From assembly GCA_040386775.1 (NCBI GenBank), contig JAZKEU010000017.1, forward strand, positions 85,464 to 149,463: DNA of 64,000 bases. The letters are read 5' to 3'. The translations under genes and the position numbers were made by a program. The DNA comes from Bdellovibrionota bacterium. Lineage in GTDB: Bacteria > Bdellovibrionota > Bdellovibrionia > Bdellovibrionales > JAEYZS01. Shown here one piece after another: positions 40,611 through 51,151 of this stretch; the first letter of the stretch is position 1, and each line of letters begins with the position of its first letter. The notes beneath the pieces are model-generated. The model was given only the letters and a program-made list of their open reading frames with translations, was not told where the DNA came from and ran no database searches.

Positions 40611-42216
40611 TTTCTTTTTTGCTCCACCTTTTTAATTTATATGGCTTCAATTTATATAGCTTTAGAAGATAGATGAGGGCAAGTATTACTGCGAAATAGT
40701 CAAGATATAGAAAACGTGAATAGATTGTCTTGGGTGCATTCTTTAAATAAGGAACCACTACGGTTTTAGCCCACTCTTGTTTTTGTGGAGAAATTTCTAT
40801 AACTTTTCCGCTGGCTAAAATCACAGAGGAGATTCCGGTGTTGGTCACGCGAATCATGGGACGTCTAAATTCCACGGACCTCATCAGCGTCATATAGAGA
40901 TGCTGATAAGATTCAAAGGTATGTCCGAACCAAGAGTCGTTTGTAATATTCACGAAAATATCCGCGCCATCATCAACTAATCCTTTTGAAAACCAAGGAT
41001 GTAATCCTTCGTAACAAATTTGTGGACCCAGTTGAACCTCTTCGGATGTTTGGGGTTTTGTAATACTAAGGACATGAGGGCCTACGCCTCTTTCAAAATC
41101 AGCTATGGTTGGAAGTAATTTTAAAAGAAATGGAAAGTGATCAGAGAAGGGCAAATATTCACCAAAAGCGAGGAGAATATGCTTTTGGTAAACGCCAGTA
41201 TTTTTTCCGGTCGTATCAAAGGTGAAGATGGCATTGCTTTGTCTTCGAGTTTTGCTGTCTTCCGTGAAAGCGCCAGTAAACAAATTGATTTGGTTTGATT
41301 TTACATAATTCAAAACAGATTTGACAGCTTTTACACGGTAGAATCTGGGCTCCATAAATTCTGGAATAGAAGTTTCTGGCCAAATGATCAGATCAGGCTT
41401 GTTGACTAACTCCGGAGTAGTTAAATCAAAATGCTTTTGTACAGTTTTGCTTTTGAACTCTGGTCCAAAGATTTCCCATTGCTTTTCTTGATTTCCAATA
41501 TTGGGTTGAACCATAAGGGCTTTGATTTCTGTGTCTGTTTTTTCCCAAACATGTTGCTTGTAGAGACCGATTGCATTGATAATTGCAAAAAATAAAACAA
41601 AATAAGTCACTTGTTTTTTAAATACCGGACGATCTTTGATATTGAGATAAATATACAAAATCCATCCATTGATAATCAAGGTCAGAGAGCTGAGGCCAGT
41701 AACACCAATTGTGTCTGCCAATTGATAAGCAGGAAAATCTCCGTAGAACCAAGAATATCCAAAGTACCAAGGAAAAATCTGAGGGTTGAGTTTTTCGAAT
41801 AAAGCTGTAAGTAGGGCTAGAACAAAAATGGATTTTCCTTGAGAGAAAGAAAGTTTTTGATTGAGGCGATACCAAACCACCGCTGCTAAAGGAAAATGCA
41901 GATTTGTGAAAGAAGCAAAGGCAATAAGACCAATCGCTCCAGCAAAGGCAGGCATGTGGCCAAATTCCATAATTGTGTGTGGAATCCAATGAAATCCAAT
42001 GATCGTAAAAACAAAAGGGGTGAGCCAGCTATAGAAGAAGATTTTCTTTAGGCTGGATTCTTTAAGTAAGACTGTCCAAAGAGGACAAAGGGAAAAGAAC
42101 AAGGCCCAAGGGGGAAAAGGAATATAACTTGTTCCAAACATGATCCCCGAGAGTATGCATAGCCTTAGCGGTTTCGAAAGCGTAAAAAATGATGTCAGTC
42201 TCGAGAAGAAAGTCAT
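40603..42216 (-). CDS. lnt: Apolipoprotein N-acyltransferase
   Basis: Multi-TM N-terminal half plus a CN-hydrolase domain with IIWPETS and ICYEG catalytic motifs. 8-nt overlap with mutS2. Confidence 0.9.
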   Translation of the reverse strand: MTFFSRLTSFFTLSKPLRLCILSGIMFGTSYIPFPPWALFFSLCPLWTVLLKESSLKKIFFYSWLTPFVFTIIGFHWIPHTIMEFGHMPAFAGAIGLIAFASFTNLHFPLAAVVWYRLNQKLSFSQGKSIFVLALLTALFEKLNPQIFPWYFGYSWFYGDFPAYQLADTIGVTGLSSLTLIINGWILYIYLNIKDRPVFKKQVTYFVLFFAIINAIGLYKQHVWEKTDTEIKALMVQPNIGNQEKQWEIFGPEFKSKTVQKHFDLTTPELVNKPDLIIWPETSIPEFMEPRFYRVKAVKSVLNYVKSNQINLFTGAFTEDSKTRRQSNAIFTFDTTGKNTGVYQKHILLAFGEYLPFSDHFPFLLKLLPTIADFERGVGPHVLSITKPQTSEEVQLGPQICYEGLHPWFSKGLVDDGADIFVNITNDSWFGHTFESYQHLYMTLMRSVEFRRPMIRVTNTGISSVILASGKVIEISPQKQEWAKTVVVPYLKNAPKTIYSRFLYLDYFAVILALIYLLKLYKLKPYKLKRWSKKENE

Positions 42217-42265
42217 TGATATTTTCCTTTAAACATTCGAACATTATAGATAGGAATTTATACTT

Positions 42266-42721
42266 ATGGAACACTTTTCTTGTCCTGAATGTGGTTATGA
42301 AAATCCCAAGGGCAGCGTATCTTGTAAACGCTGTCTGCTGATCTTTGAAAAATACGAAAAAAAGAACATGAAGGTAAATTCTCAGGTGAATGGCTCTAAA
42401 AAGCTAGATGAGAAATGGCGCGAGCTTCTTACTGAGTACGATAACAAGGACAAACATGAGGCCTTTATTGCTGATGCCCTCAAAGAAAAGAATCTTCAGT
42501 ACGCCTCTCAGCAATATCGCAAAATGCTCGATATGAACGGTGCAGACGAAACTGCCAAAAGAATGATCGATAAGATCATTCAGATCGCAACACTGACTTA
42601 TGTTCCACCTTTTAGAAAGGAACCACCCAAAAACACAAGATGGATCACGCTTTCCATCTTAGCATTGATAGTTATTGGTGTGATAGCTATGACCTTAATG
42701 TTCATGTCGAGAAGACCCTAA
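42266..42721 (+). CDS. Zinc-ribbon protein with a C-terminal transmembrane anchor
   Basis: N-terminal CPECG ... CKRC ribbon and C-terminal TM WITLSILALIVIGVIAMTLMF. Confidence 0.5.
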   Translation: MEHFSCPECGYENPKGSVSCKRCLLIFEKYEKKNMKVNSQVNGSKKLDEKWRELLTEYDNKDKHEAFIADALKEKNLQYASQQYRKMLDMNGADETAKRMIDKIIQIATLTYVPPFRKEPPKNTRWITLSILALIVIGVIAMTLMFMSRRP

Positions 42722-42735
42722 TCCAATCAGTTGAA

Positions 42736-44085
42736 TCAGTTAAGAGTCTTTTCATTTTTATCTGCGATTGTATTTAAAAGTTGGTTCAACTGATTCAGTT
42801 GTTGTGAGAGAGCTGGGTTACGGTTGTTGTTGTCCACAACGGCTGTTGTGTTTGATAAAATTTGATTCGAAGTTGGAGCTGCGATTCCACTCACCGGAAC
42901 TGCTGGATGGATTGCAAGAGCTGCCCAAGAATTTAAAATCCCTGAGGTCTGAGTTTTGGTGAACATGGTAGCTCTTGTGTCTGCTGTTGCTAAAATTTGA
43001 TTCTTAATTTGTTTGAAATCCATATCTGAATTGTTGGCCTTAAGTAATGCAGCCACACCGCTCACGAAAGCGGTTGCTTGTGATGTTCCTGTCATTGTCC
43101 CGTATCTGCTTCCTGGGAGTGTAGAATAAATTCCTTCGCCTGGAGCCGCGATATGCACAGTCTTCATTCCATAATTGCTACTTTGTAAAACATTGGCGTC
43201 AGCATTGATTGCAGTCACAGAGATGATATTTGGTAAATTGTAGTTTGCAGGGTAGTAGTGAGCCTTATCTGAATTTGACTTTTCATTGCCGGCTGCTGCC
43301 ACAAAGATAATTCCAGCATCGTTAGCTCTTTTTACTGCATCATATTCTGTTTGAGAATAATCAAGTCCGCCACCAGAGTAATTGATGATATCGACTTTTT
43401 TGTCTACGGCGTAGTGAATAGATTTGATTGTGTTTTTTAGGTTGTCTGTTCCTGGAGCTTTTGGATCATAATATTTTAAGATCATAAGGCTGACTTTTGG
43501 TGAAACTCCGCTGATACCGATTCCGTTTCCGCCTTCGGCACCTACGATACCAGCAATGTGTGTCCCGTGACCGTGGTTATCAGTAAGATTTCCAGTTCCT
43601 GTGATGAAATTACAACCATGGATATCGTCAATACAACCATTCTGATCGTCGTCAATTCCAGTCTTACCATTTTTTTCTGCTTCGTTAACCCAAAGGTTAT
43701 TCTTGATATCAGGGTGATTAATATCGATACCTGTATCGATGATTGCTACCACTACTTTTCTTGAACCTGTAGTGATATTCCAAGCTTTGTCGACGTTGAT
43801 GTCTGATAAACCACCTGTTCCAAGTAGTCCCCAATTTTTCTTAATTGCGGGGTCATTTAAAAGTACGCTTTGTTCTTTTTTAATTTGTTTTACAACTTTT
43901 GGTGTACTGAGGGATGGAATTCTTAAAGACTCTTCGTTATAGAGCATTCCCATTTCAACGGTTTTCCAAACACAGAATGATCCAATAACTAAAGCTAAGC
44001 CTAAGCATGCAGCTTGAGTTCGACGATATTTCTTGTCGCTTAATCTTACGATGAATGCCTTTTTGTCTTTGAGTTGAAATGCCAT
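42736..44085 (-). CDS. S8 family (subtilisin-like) serine protease, membrane-anchored
   Basis: Triad motifs VAIIDTGIDINHPD, HGTHIAG and GTSQATA. A single N-terminal TM. Confidence 0.9.
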   Translation of the reverse strand: MAFQLKDKKAFIVRLSDKKYRRTQAACLGLALVIGSFCVWKTVEMGMLYNEESLRIPSLSTPKVVKQIKKEQSVLLNDPAIKKNWGLLGTGGLSDINVDKAWNITTGSRKVVVAIIDTGIDINHPDIKNNLWVNEAEKNGKTGIDDDQNGCIDDIHGCNFITGTGNLTDNHGHGTHIAGIVGAEGGNGIGISGVSPKVSLMILKYYDPKAPGTDNLKNTIKSIHYAVDKKVDIINYSGGGLDYSQTEYDAVKRANDAGIIFVAAAGNEKSNSDKAHYYPANYNLPNIISVTAINADANVLQSSNYGMKTVHIAAPGEGIYSTLPGSRYGTMTGTSQATAFVSGVAALLKANNSDMDFKQIKNQILATADTRATMFTKTQTSGILNSWAALAIHPAVPVSGIAAPTSNQILSNTTAVVDNNNRNPALSQQLNQLNQLLNTIADKNEKTLN

Positions 44086-44447
44086 ATATTAGTTGCCTCC
44101 ATCTGGGATAAATAAAGCGCCCAGATACAGGTATATAAAGCAATGTGCTTGCCAAAGTTAAACTATTGAAATTAATAAATAATCTCAGGTTAAAACGCAT
44201 GGTTTGTTGATCAATTTTTGAGCCCTTGTCAACTCTCTAGACAGCGTGGAAAATTCTTCTAAGGATGCGTATCGAAAGGAGAATTAGCTGATTTTTTGGG
44301 CAATAAAAACTAACTTTAATGGCAGTGGCTATGACGACCTTTTCTTGACGCAACTCTTGCCATTTAGTACCTCTAAATCCTTGCAGTTATACAATAAAAT
44401 AATAAAACTGAAAAACAAACTTGAAATAAACAAACTGAGGTACAACC

Positions 44448-46511
44448 GTGTTTAGTCAATCACTACTGATTTCACCAATTATTATCGGAGCTCTTGGGCT
44501 TCTAGTTGCGTTAGCTTTTTACATCCGTGTCATTCGCCAGCCTACTGGAAATGAATTAATGAATAAAATCGCAGGCTATATTCGAGAAGGTGCGATGGCA
44601 TTCCTTATGCGTGAATATAAAGTTCTTTTTGTTTATGCAATAGTTGTTGGTTTAGCGTTATGGTACGCACTCGGTTTAGTAGCGGCATGGAGCTTCTTGC
44701 TTGGAGCTGCATTATCACTTCTGGCTGGATTCTTCGGAATGAAAGCTGCGACTTACGCAAACGTAAGAACAACTCAAGCAGCATCTACAGGTTCAAAAGC
44801 CAAGGCATTACTTGTAGCACTTGATGGTGGTGCGGTGATGGGATTGTCAGTGGCAGGCTTAGCGTTGATTGGTCTTGGAGCTTTATATTTAATTTATCAA
44901 GGTACAGAAATCGTAAGTACGGTTCTTCATTCATTTGCTGTGGGCGCATCTTCAATTGCACTTTTTGCTCGTATTGGTGGCGGTATTTATACTAAGGCTG
45001 CGGATGTAGGAGCCGACATTGCCGGAAAAGTTGTTCAAGGAATTCCTGAAGACGATCCAAGAAATCCAGGCGTAGTTGCGGATAATGTTGGCGACAACGT
45101 CGGTGACGTTGCAGGTATGGGCGCGGATCTTTATGAATCCCTGGTTGCAGCAATTGTTTCAGCAATGGCGATTGCCTTTACGATTCCAGTGGCGAATCTT
45201 ACAAATTTAACGGTGGAAGGTACCGCTTACGCAGAAACAAGACTTGTGGGTGTTGTTGCACCATTACTTCTTTCGACTCTTGGACTTTTAATTTCTGTGG
45301 TGGTGATTTTTGCGGCACGTGCCTTCAGTGGTTCGAGCCCAGCAGCAGTTTTGAGAGGAGCGTTGATGGTTCCTCCAATTCTTTTAACCATTGCTAGTTA
45401 TATTTTAATGCCAATGTTTGGTTTAACCCAAAGTGTGACAGTGGCTTTAGCCGCGGGTGCCTTTGGTGGTGCGATCATTGGTTTGATCACGGAGTATTAC
45501 ACGGCGGCAAAACCAATTCGTTTGGTTGCAGAAGCATCTTTAACTGGTGCGGGAACAAACGTCATTCGTGGTTTAGCGGTGGGGATGGAATCCGTTGCAA
45601 TTCCACTGATCGTTGTGGTGATCGCAGCATACATTGCGGATCATGTTCTTGGAATTTACGGAGTGGCCTTGGCTGCGGTAGGAATGCTTGCCGGTACAGC
45701 AGTTGTGATGACAGTTGATGCTTACGGACCGATTGCAGATAACGCTGGTGGGATTTCTGAGATGTCAGGTCTTGGCCCCAACGTTCGTGAAATCACCGAT
45801 GAATTGGATGCTGTGGGAAATACCACTGCTGCCATTGGAAAAGGTTTTGCGATTGGTTCTGCGATCCTAACGGTTGTTGCTCTTTTTGGTGCTTTCAATA
45901 TGGAAGTGAATCACATTCGTGAATTGAATAATCTTGCAAAAATGTCTTTAGATTTAGCTTCGACACAAGTTCTTATCGGTATCTTGATCGGATCGATCTT
46001 GCCATTCCTTGTGGGCTCAACAACAATGACAGCCGTAGGGCGTGCGGCGCAAAAAATTGTGGTGGAGATTGCTCGTCAGTTCAAAGAAATTCCAGGATTG
46101 ATGCAAGGTAAAGCAGATCCTGAGCCCGCAAAGATCGTAGACATTGCGACGAAAGCGGCGTTAACAGAAATGATTTTACCGGGAATGATTGCCGTTGTTG
46201 CTCCGGTAGCAATTGGATTCTTAATGGGGCCGCAGGCGCTAGCGGGAATGTTAGCGGGTGCTTTAGCGGTGGGTGCAACGCTTTCTCTTTTCATGGCAAA
46301 TGCGGGTGGAGCTTGGGATAACGCTAAGAAATACATCGAAAAAGGAAATCTTGAAGGTCATAAGAAAGGTTCGGATGCTCACAAGGCAGCAGTAGTTGGA
46401 GACACAGTGGGTGACCCGTTCAAGGACACCTCAGGTCCCGGCATTGCAATTCTCATCAAGGTAATGAGCGTAGTTTCTTTATTGATCGCATCTCTCATTG
46501 CGCTGATCTAA
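44448..46511 (+). CDS. hppA: Membrane-bound proton/sodium-translocating pyrophosphatase
   Basis: 687 aa, polytopic. Signature motifs [27 protein letters not shown] and [16 protein letters not shown] start. Confidence 0.95.
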   Translation: MFSQSLLISPIIIGALGLLVALAFYIRVIRQPTGNELMNKIAGYIREGAMAFLMREYKVLFVYAIVVGLALWYALGLVAAWSFLLGAALSLLAGFFGMKAATYANVRTTQAASTGSKAKALLVALDGGAVMGLSVAGLALIGLGALYLIYQGTEIVSTVLHSFAVGASSIALFARIGGGIYTKAADVGADIAGKVVQGIPEDDPRNPGVVADNVGDNVGDVAGMGADLYESLVAAIVSAMAIAFTIPVANLTNLTVEGTAYAETRLVGVVAPLLLSTLGLLISVVVIFAARAFSGSSPAAVLRGALMVPPILLTIASYILMPMFGLTQSVTVALAAGAFGGAIIGLITEYYTAAKPIRLVAEASLTGAGTNVIRGLAVGMESVAIPLIVVVIAAYIADHVLGIYGVALAAVGMLAGTAVVMTVDAYGPIADNAGGISEMSGLGPNVREITDELDAVGNTTAAIGKGFAIGSAILTVVALFGAFNMEVNHIRELNNLAKMSLDLASTQVLIGILIGSILPFLVGSTTMTAVGRAAQKIVVEIARQFKEIPGLMQGKADPEPAKIVDIATKAALTEMILPGMIAVVAPVAIGFLMGPQALAGMLAGALAVGATLSLFMANAGGAWDNAKKYIEKGNLEGHKKGSDAHKAAVVGDTVGDPFKDTSGPGIAILIKVMSVVSLLIASLIALI

Positions 46512-46533
46512 TCGAACCATTTTAATAAAGTTA

Positions 46534-46575
46534 GCGTCTGCGAATTTTGCAGACGCAATTTTTATCTTTTTTTTT
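46534..46575 (+). terminator. Intrinsic terminator of hppA
   Basis: GCGTCTGC-gaatttt-GCAGACGC followed by AATTTTTATCTTTTTTTTT. Confidence 0.75.
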
Positions 46576-46595
46576 AAATACCGTTTGTTAGAATG

Positions 46596-46688
46596 TCCGA
46601 GTAAAGGCACATGGATAATTCCACCGCCGATTCCTATCAAAGTACCGAGACATCCAATACTAAAGCCCAAAATAAAAATAAACTCACT
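46596..46688 (-). pseudogene. Remnant of the N-terminus of a TauE/SafE-type permease
   Basis: SEFIFILGFSIGCLGTLIGIGGGIIHVPLLG closely matches the N-terminus of the intact TauE gene at 52324-53118 (LLFFILGLSVGILGTLMGIGGGIILIPVLL). The frame then diverges and runs through the hppA terminator. Confidence 0.45.
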
Positions 46689-46837
46689 CTGTTTTATATC
46701 ATCTTTCACGGTTGGAATATTGGACTGATATTTTTGCAATTGATATTTATAGGTAGTTAAACAATTATAGTGTAATATCGTAAGTTCTAAACTTTGATAA
46801 GGTGGATAATCCACGCATAGTTATTTGAATTAAAGGG

Positions 46838-49800
46838 GTGCCTGTGTCTGGAGCTGTAGATCAACGGACGTTTCGTCAGATTTTATTTCGTAACATTATT
46901 TTACCGCTAGCACTTGGACTAGTGAGTTGTTCGATTTTTGTTAGTTTAATTATCTATATTATGAATCTTAATGGCTGGGTGTATCACACAAACATTATTC
47001 TCTTAAAAACTGGAAAAATAGAACGAACTTTTTCTAAGGCTGTTTCCTCTCTTAGAGGGTTTGTTTTGACGGAAAAAAAAGAATTCATCGAGCCTTACTA
47101 TGAATCTAAAGATATATATCAAGAACTTTTAAAGGAGCTAGAATCTAAGGTATCTGATAACGTTATGCAAACCCGCAGAGCTGTAGAAATAAAAAAACAA
47201 TATGATAATTGGGTATCATTTGCGGAAAAAACGTTAGAAATTCAAAGAAAAAATGGAAAGCGAGCCGCAACTGATCATATATTGGAAGGGCAAGGAAAAA
47301 AAATTGTCGATACTCTCTATGTACAATTCGGTGAATTTCGAGATGCCGAAGAAAGCCTGAGAAATAAGCGCGTTTATTCTCAACATCGTTTTGCACGTAT
47401 AGCAATGGGTGTGGCCATTGTATTGAGTTTGCTTTTTGGAATTTTGATTGCGGTTTATGGTCGTAGACAACTTTTAGGTCTTTCGACTTCTTATGAAGAC
47501 ATTCTAGAATTGCAAGTTAAGCAAAATGAAACGTTAAAAATACAAAATTGGATGAAGTCAGGGCAAGCAGAGCTGGGTATTGTAATGACCTCCGATATGC
47601 TTTTAAAAGATTTAAGTGAAAAAATTCTCCAGTATGTAGCGCAATTTGTAAAAGCAAAAATTGGGGTGATGTATATTGCCAACGATCATCAAGTGTTTGA
47701 AATAAAATCAACATACGCTCATGCTCAAGAAACATTTCCCCTGAAGAGCTTTAAAATTGGTGAAACGTTATTGGGACAAGTGGCCAGAGAAGGCGAGATT
47801 GTACAAACCAAAGACCTACCTCCTGAATACTTTAAAATCACATCTGGAGTGGGGGAGATGAGTCCTAAGCATGTTGTTATTGTTCCTATTTCTTACAATA
47901 AGCAGGTGAACTCGCTTATTGAACTTGGATTTATAGATGATGTGAATCCTCAATCTTTGGAATGGTTAAATCAAGTAGGCGAAAGTATCGGCACTGCTAT
48001 AAAGACAGCCAAGTACAAAGACCATCTTGAAGTTCTCCTGGAGGAAGTCCAAAATCAAGCGGAAGAACTTCAATCTCAACAAGAAGAGTTACGGGTCAAT
48101 AACGAAGAGTTAGAAGAACAAACGAAAATTTTAAAAGAAACTCAATCTCATTTAGAATCCCAACATGCAGAACTTGAACAAACCAACTCTCAGTTAGAAG
48201 AACAAACGCAAGCTCTAGAAAATCAAGCTGATATTTTGAATGAAAAGAATCAACAGCTGAATTTAGCTCAAGAAGATCTCAAGAAAAAAGCAGAGGAACT
48301 CAAGAAATCTAGCCAATATAAATCTGAATTTTTAGCAAACATGTCTCATGAATTGAGAACTCCACTGAATAGCTCGTTGATTCTAGCCAAATTGCTTGCA
48401 GACAATAAAGATAAGAATCTCACTGGGCAGCAGGTAGAGTATGCAGAACAGATTTTAAACTCTAGCAATGATCTATTGCATCTTATCAATGATATTTTGG
48501 ATTTATCAAAAGTCGAAGCTGGTAAGCTAGAAGTCTCTGCAGATAATATTCCATTAAAAAAATTCACTTCAAATTTAGAAAAAATGTTTTTACCTTTGGC
48601 AAAAGAAAAAAATTTGAATTTTGCAATCGACATATCTAACGATACACCTCAAGAAATTTTCACTGATTCATTGAGATTGGAGCAAGTACTTAAGAATTTA
48701 TTATCGAATGCTATCAAATTCACGAAGAAAGGTTCTGTCACTCTGACGATTTCTAAATCTAAAGATTATTCGTCCTTCCTTGATTTTTCTGTCGTAGATA
48801 CGGGGATCGGAATTGATTCGGATAAGCTAGAAGTTATTTTTGAAGCTTTTAAACAAGCCGATGGTACCACCAATAGAATGTACGGTGGAACGGGCCTAGG
48901 ATTATCAATTTCTAGAAATCTCGCTTATCTTTTGGGCGGAAAGATAAGCGTAAAAAGTGTAAAAGGTAAAGGCAGTACATTTACAGTTTTTATTCCCCAA
49001 AAGTTAAATGATATAGGAAAACAAGATGCCATTTCTCGTGATCTGCCAACTCAACCCGAATCAAAACCTGTGGTTGAGGAAGTAAGAAAACCTTTCGTCG
49101 TAGATGATAGAGACAAAATCACGGAGAACTCCAACGTAGTCTTGATTGTTGAAGATGATCCTAAATTTGCCAGAATACTTTATGGAATGGCCAAAGCTTC
49201 TAATTTTGAGTCTATTATTACGGATCATGCCTCGGATGCCTTAGAATTAGCTTTGACTATAAAGCCTCAAGCTATTTTGTTGGACGTAAAACTTCCGGAT
49301 CACAGCGGTCTTATCGTACTTGATCAATTGAAACACAATGTCTCCACAAAGCATATTCCTGTGCACATTATTTCAGGAATGGATTTCGTGAAGGATGCTT
49401 TAGAAATGGGTGCAGTAGGTTATGCAATAAAACCAGCAGGAGATGAAGAGCTAAAAAAAGTATTCTCACTCTTAAAAGAAAAAATTTTAGAAACTACGCA
49501 GAAAGTTTTGATTGTTGAGGATGATAAAACTCAGAGAATGGCCATAAGACATCTCATCCGAAACAATAAAGTGCAAACAGTTGCGGTAGGTTCAGGTACT
49601 GAAGCGCTGGAGGCTCTCACAAAAGAAGAATACAGTTGCATGATTGTAGATCTGAATCTTCCTGATATGACTGGGTTTGAGCTTTTGGAAAAAATTTCTG
49701 AGACCAAATTAGGCGGAAATCTTCCGGTGATTGTTTATACAGGGAGAGACCTCTCAATGACAGAAGAGGATAGGCTTAGAAAATATTCTAAATCTGTTAT

Positions 49801-50311
49801 TGTTAAAGGCGCAAAATCTCCAGAGCGATTGTTGAGTGAAGTTACGCTATTCTTACATCAAGTGGAAACAGAACTTGATCCTGATCGCCAAAAAGTACTT
49901 GAAGAACTAAGAAGTCGTGAAAAAATATTTGAATCCAAGAAAATTCTTATAGTTGATGATGACATGAGAAACGTATTTGCATTGACGGCAGCTTTTGAGC
50001 AAAAAGGAGCAAAGATAGTTGTTGCCAAAAATGGCCAAGAATCTTTGAAGAGACTTCAGGAGGATACGGTTGACATCGTATTGATGGATATCATGATGGG
50101 CATTATGGATGGCTATAAAGCCATACAGGAAATTCGAAAACAAAAGAAATTTGCAAAGCTTCCGATAATTGCTCTGACCGCAAAGGCAATGAAAGATGAT
50201 AGAGAGCTTTGCTTAAATGCCGGTGCTAATGATTACCTAACAAAGCCAATTGATATTGAAAAATTATTATCTTTGGTTCGAGTTTGGATATCTCACAGCG
50301 GGAGAGTCTAA
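46838..50311 (+). CDS. Hybrid sensor histidine kinase (CHASE3-like, GAF, coiled coil, HisKA/HATPase, three receiver domains)
   Basis: Two TMs flank a CHASE3-like segment (LRGFVLTEKKEFIEPYYES ...). GAF region. EELQSQQEELRVNNEELEEQ coiled coil. H-box MSHELRTPLN. HATPase motifs DTGIGI and GGTGLGLSI. Three REC domains (VLIVEDD..LLDVKLPD, VLIVEDD..IVDLNLPD, ILIVDDD..LMDIMM). GTG start. Confidence 0.9.
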   Translation: MPVSGAVDQRTFRQILFRNIILPLALGLVSCSIFVSLIIYIMNLNGWVYHTNIILLKTGKIERTFSKAVSSLRGFVLTEKKEFIEPYYESKDIYQELLKELESKVSDNVMQTRRAVEIKKQYDNWVSFAEKTLEIQRKNGKRAATDHILEGQGKKIVDTLYVQFGEFRDAEESLRNKRVYSQHRFARIAMGVAIVLSLLFGILIAVYGRRQLLGLSTSYEDILELQVKQNETLKIQNWMKSGQAELGIVMTSDMLLKDLSEKILQYVAQFVKAKIGVMYIANDHQVFEIKSTYAHAQETFPLKSFKIGETLLGQVAREGEIVQTKDLPPEYFKITSGVGEMSPKHVVIVPISYNKQVNSLIELGFIDDVNPQSLEWLNQVGESIGTAIKTAKYKDHLEVLLEEVQNQAEELQSQQEELRVNNEELEEQTKILKETQSHLESQHAELEQTNSQLEEQTQALENQADILNEKNQQLNLAQEDLKKKAEELKKSSQYKSEFLANMSHELRTPLNSSLILAKLLADNKDKNLTGQQVEYAEQILNSSNDLLHLINDILDLSKVEAGKLEVSADNIPLKKFTSNLEKMFLPLAKEKNLNFAIDISNDTPQEIFTDSLRLEQVLKNLLSNAIKFTKKGSVTLTISKSKDYSSFLDFSVVDTGIGIDSDKLEVIFEAFKQADGTTNRMYGGTGLGLSISRNLAYLLGGKISVKSVKGKGSTFTVFIPQKLNDIGKQDAISRDLPTQPESKPVVEEVRKPFVVDDRDKITENSNVVLIVEDDPKFARILYGMAKASNFESIITDHASDALELALTIKPQAILLDVKLPDHSGLIVLDQLKHNVSTKHIPVHIISGMDFVKDALEMGAVGYAIKPAGDEELKKVFSLLKEKILETTQKVLIVEDDKTQRMAIRHLIRNNKVQTVAVGSGTEALEALTKEEYSCMIVDLNLPDMTGFELLEKISETKLGGNLPVIVYTGRDLSMTEEDRLRKYSKSVIVKGAKSPERLLSEVTLFLHQVETELDPDRQKVLEELRSREKIFESKKILIVDDDMRNVFALTAAFEQKGAKIVVAKNGQESLKRLQEDTVDIVLMDIMMGIMDGYKAIQEIRKQKKFAKLPIIALTAKAMKDDRELCLNAGANDYLTKPIDIEKLLSLVRVWISHSGRV

Positions 50312-51132
50312 TGTGCTCTGAAGAGAATTTTGATATTGAAGTTAAACTTTTAATTGAGGCTATATATGAAAAGTATAGCTATGATTTTAGAAGTTACGCA
50401 ATGGCTTCAGTTAAGCGCAGATTGCATATGATTTTAAATAAATATAAGTTTAGAACGGTATCAAGGCTTCAAGAAAAAATTCTTTATGATCCGAATTTTT
50501 TCTTATCCGTTTTACAGTTTTTAACGATCACTACCACTGAAATGTTTAGGGATCCTTTTTATTATTTAACGATAAGAGAAAATGTTATTCCCATCTTAAA
50601 AACCTATCCTTCTCTTAAAATATGGATTGCGGGATGCAGTACAGGAGAAGAGGTGTATTCTTTTGCTATTCTTCTTCAGGAGGAAGGACTCTTAGAGTGC
50701 ACCACGATTTATGCAACGGATATCAATCCTGTAAGCATTAAAAAAGCTGAAGATGGGATTTTCTCAGCAGAGAATATTAAAGAATATGAATCCAACTATA
50801 AAAAAAGTGGGGGAAAGCAAAACTTTTCAGATTACTTTGTTGTGAGTTACGGAGCAGCACTCTTTGACAAATCCCTTAAGAAAAATATTGTTTTCGCAGA
50901 CCATAGCTTGGCAACGGATAGTGTTTTTTCGGAGATGCAAATGATTTCTTGCCGAAACGTATTGATTTACTTTAGTCGTGAATTGCAAGAACACGCTTTG
51001 GGTTTATTCTCTGGCAGTTTGTGCCGAAGTGGATTTCTAGGGTTGGGCTCTAAGGAAACCATTCGCTTCTCGAGTCACTTTCAATGTTTTAATGAATTTT
51101 CAAAACAAGAAAAAATTTATCAAAAAAAATAA
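50311..51132 (+). CDS. cheR: CheR-type protein-glutamate O-methyltransferase
   Basis: CheR N-domain followed by the SAM-binding motif KIWIAGCSTGEEVYSFAILL. The ATG at 50311 shares 1 nt with the kinase stop (TAATG) and follows GGAGAG. The track ORF starts at 50284. Confidence 0.85.
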   Translation: MCSEENFDIEVKLLIEAIYEKYSYDFRSYAMASVKRRLHMILNKYKFRTVSRLQEKILYDPNFFLSVLQFLTITTTEMFRDPFYYLTIRENVIPILKTYPSLKIWIAGCSTGEEVYSFAILLQEEGLLECTTIYATDINPVSIKKAEDGIFSAENIKEYESNYKKSGGKQNFSDYFVVSYGAALFDKSLKKNIVFADHSLATDSVFSEMQMISCRNVLIYFSRELQEHALGLFSGSLCRSGFLGLGSKETIRFSSHFQCFNEFSKQEKIYQKK

Positions 51133-51151
51133 ATTAATATTAGAGGTACAA

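Noticed and set aside
46479-46814. The full 111-aa minus-strand ORF as a real gene
   Set aside because: Only residues 43-73 resemble anything (the TauE N-terminus). The 3' part reads through the hppA terminator hairpin and overlaps the hppA stop, and the 5' part is low-complexity. It is treated as a pseudogene remnant.
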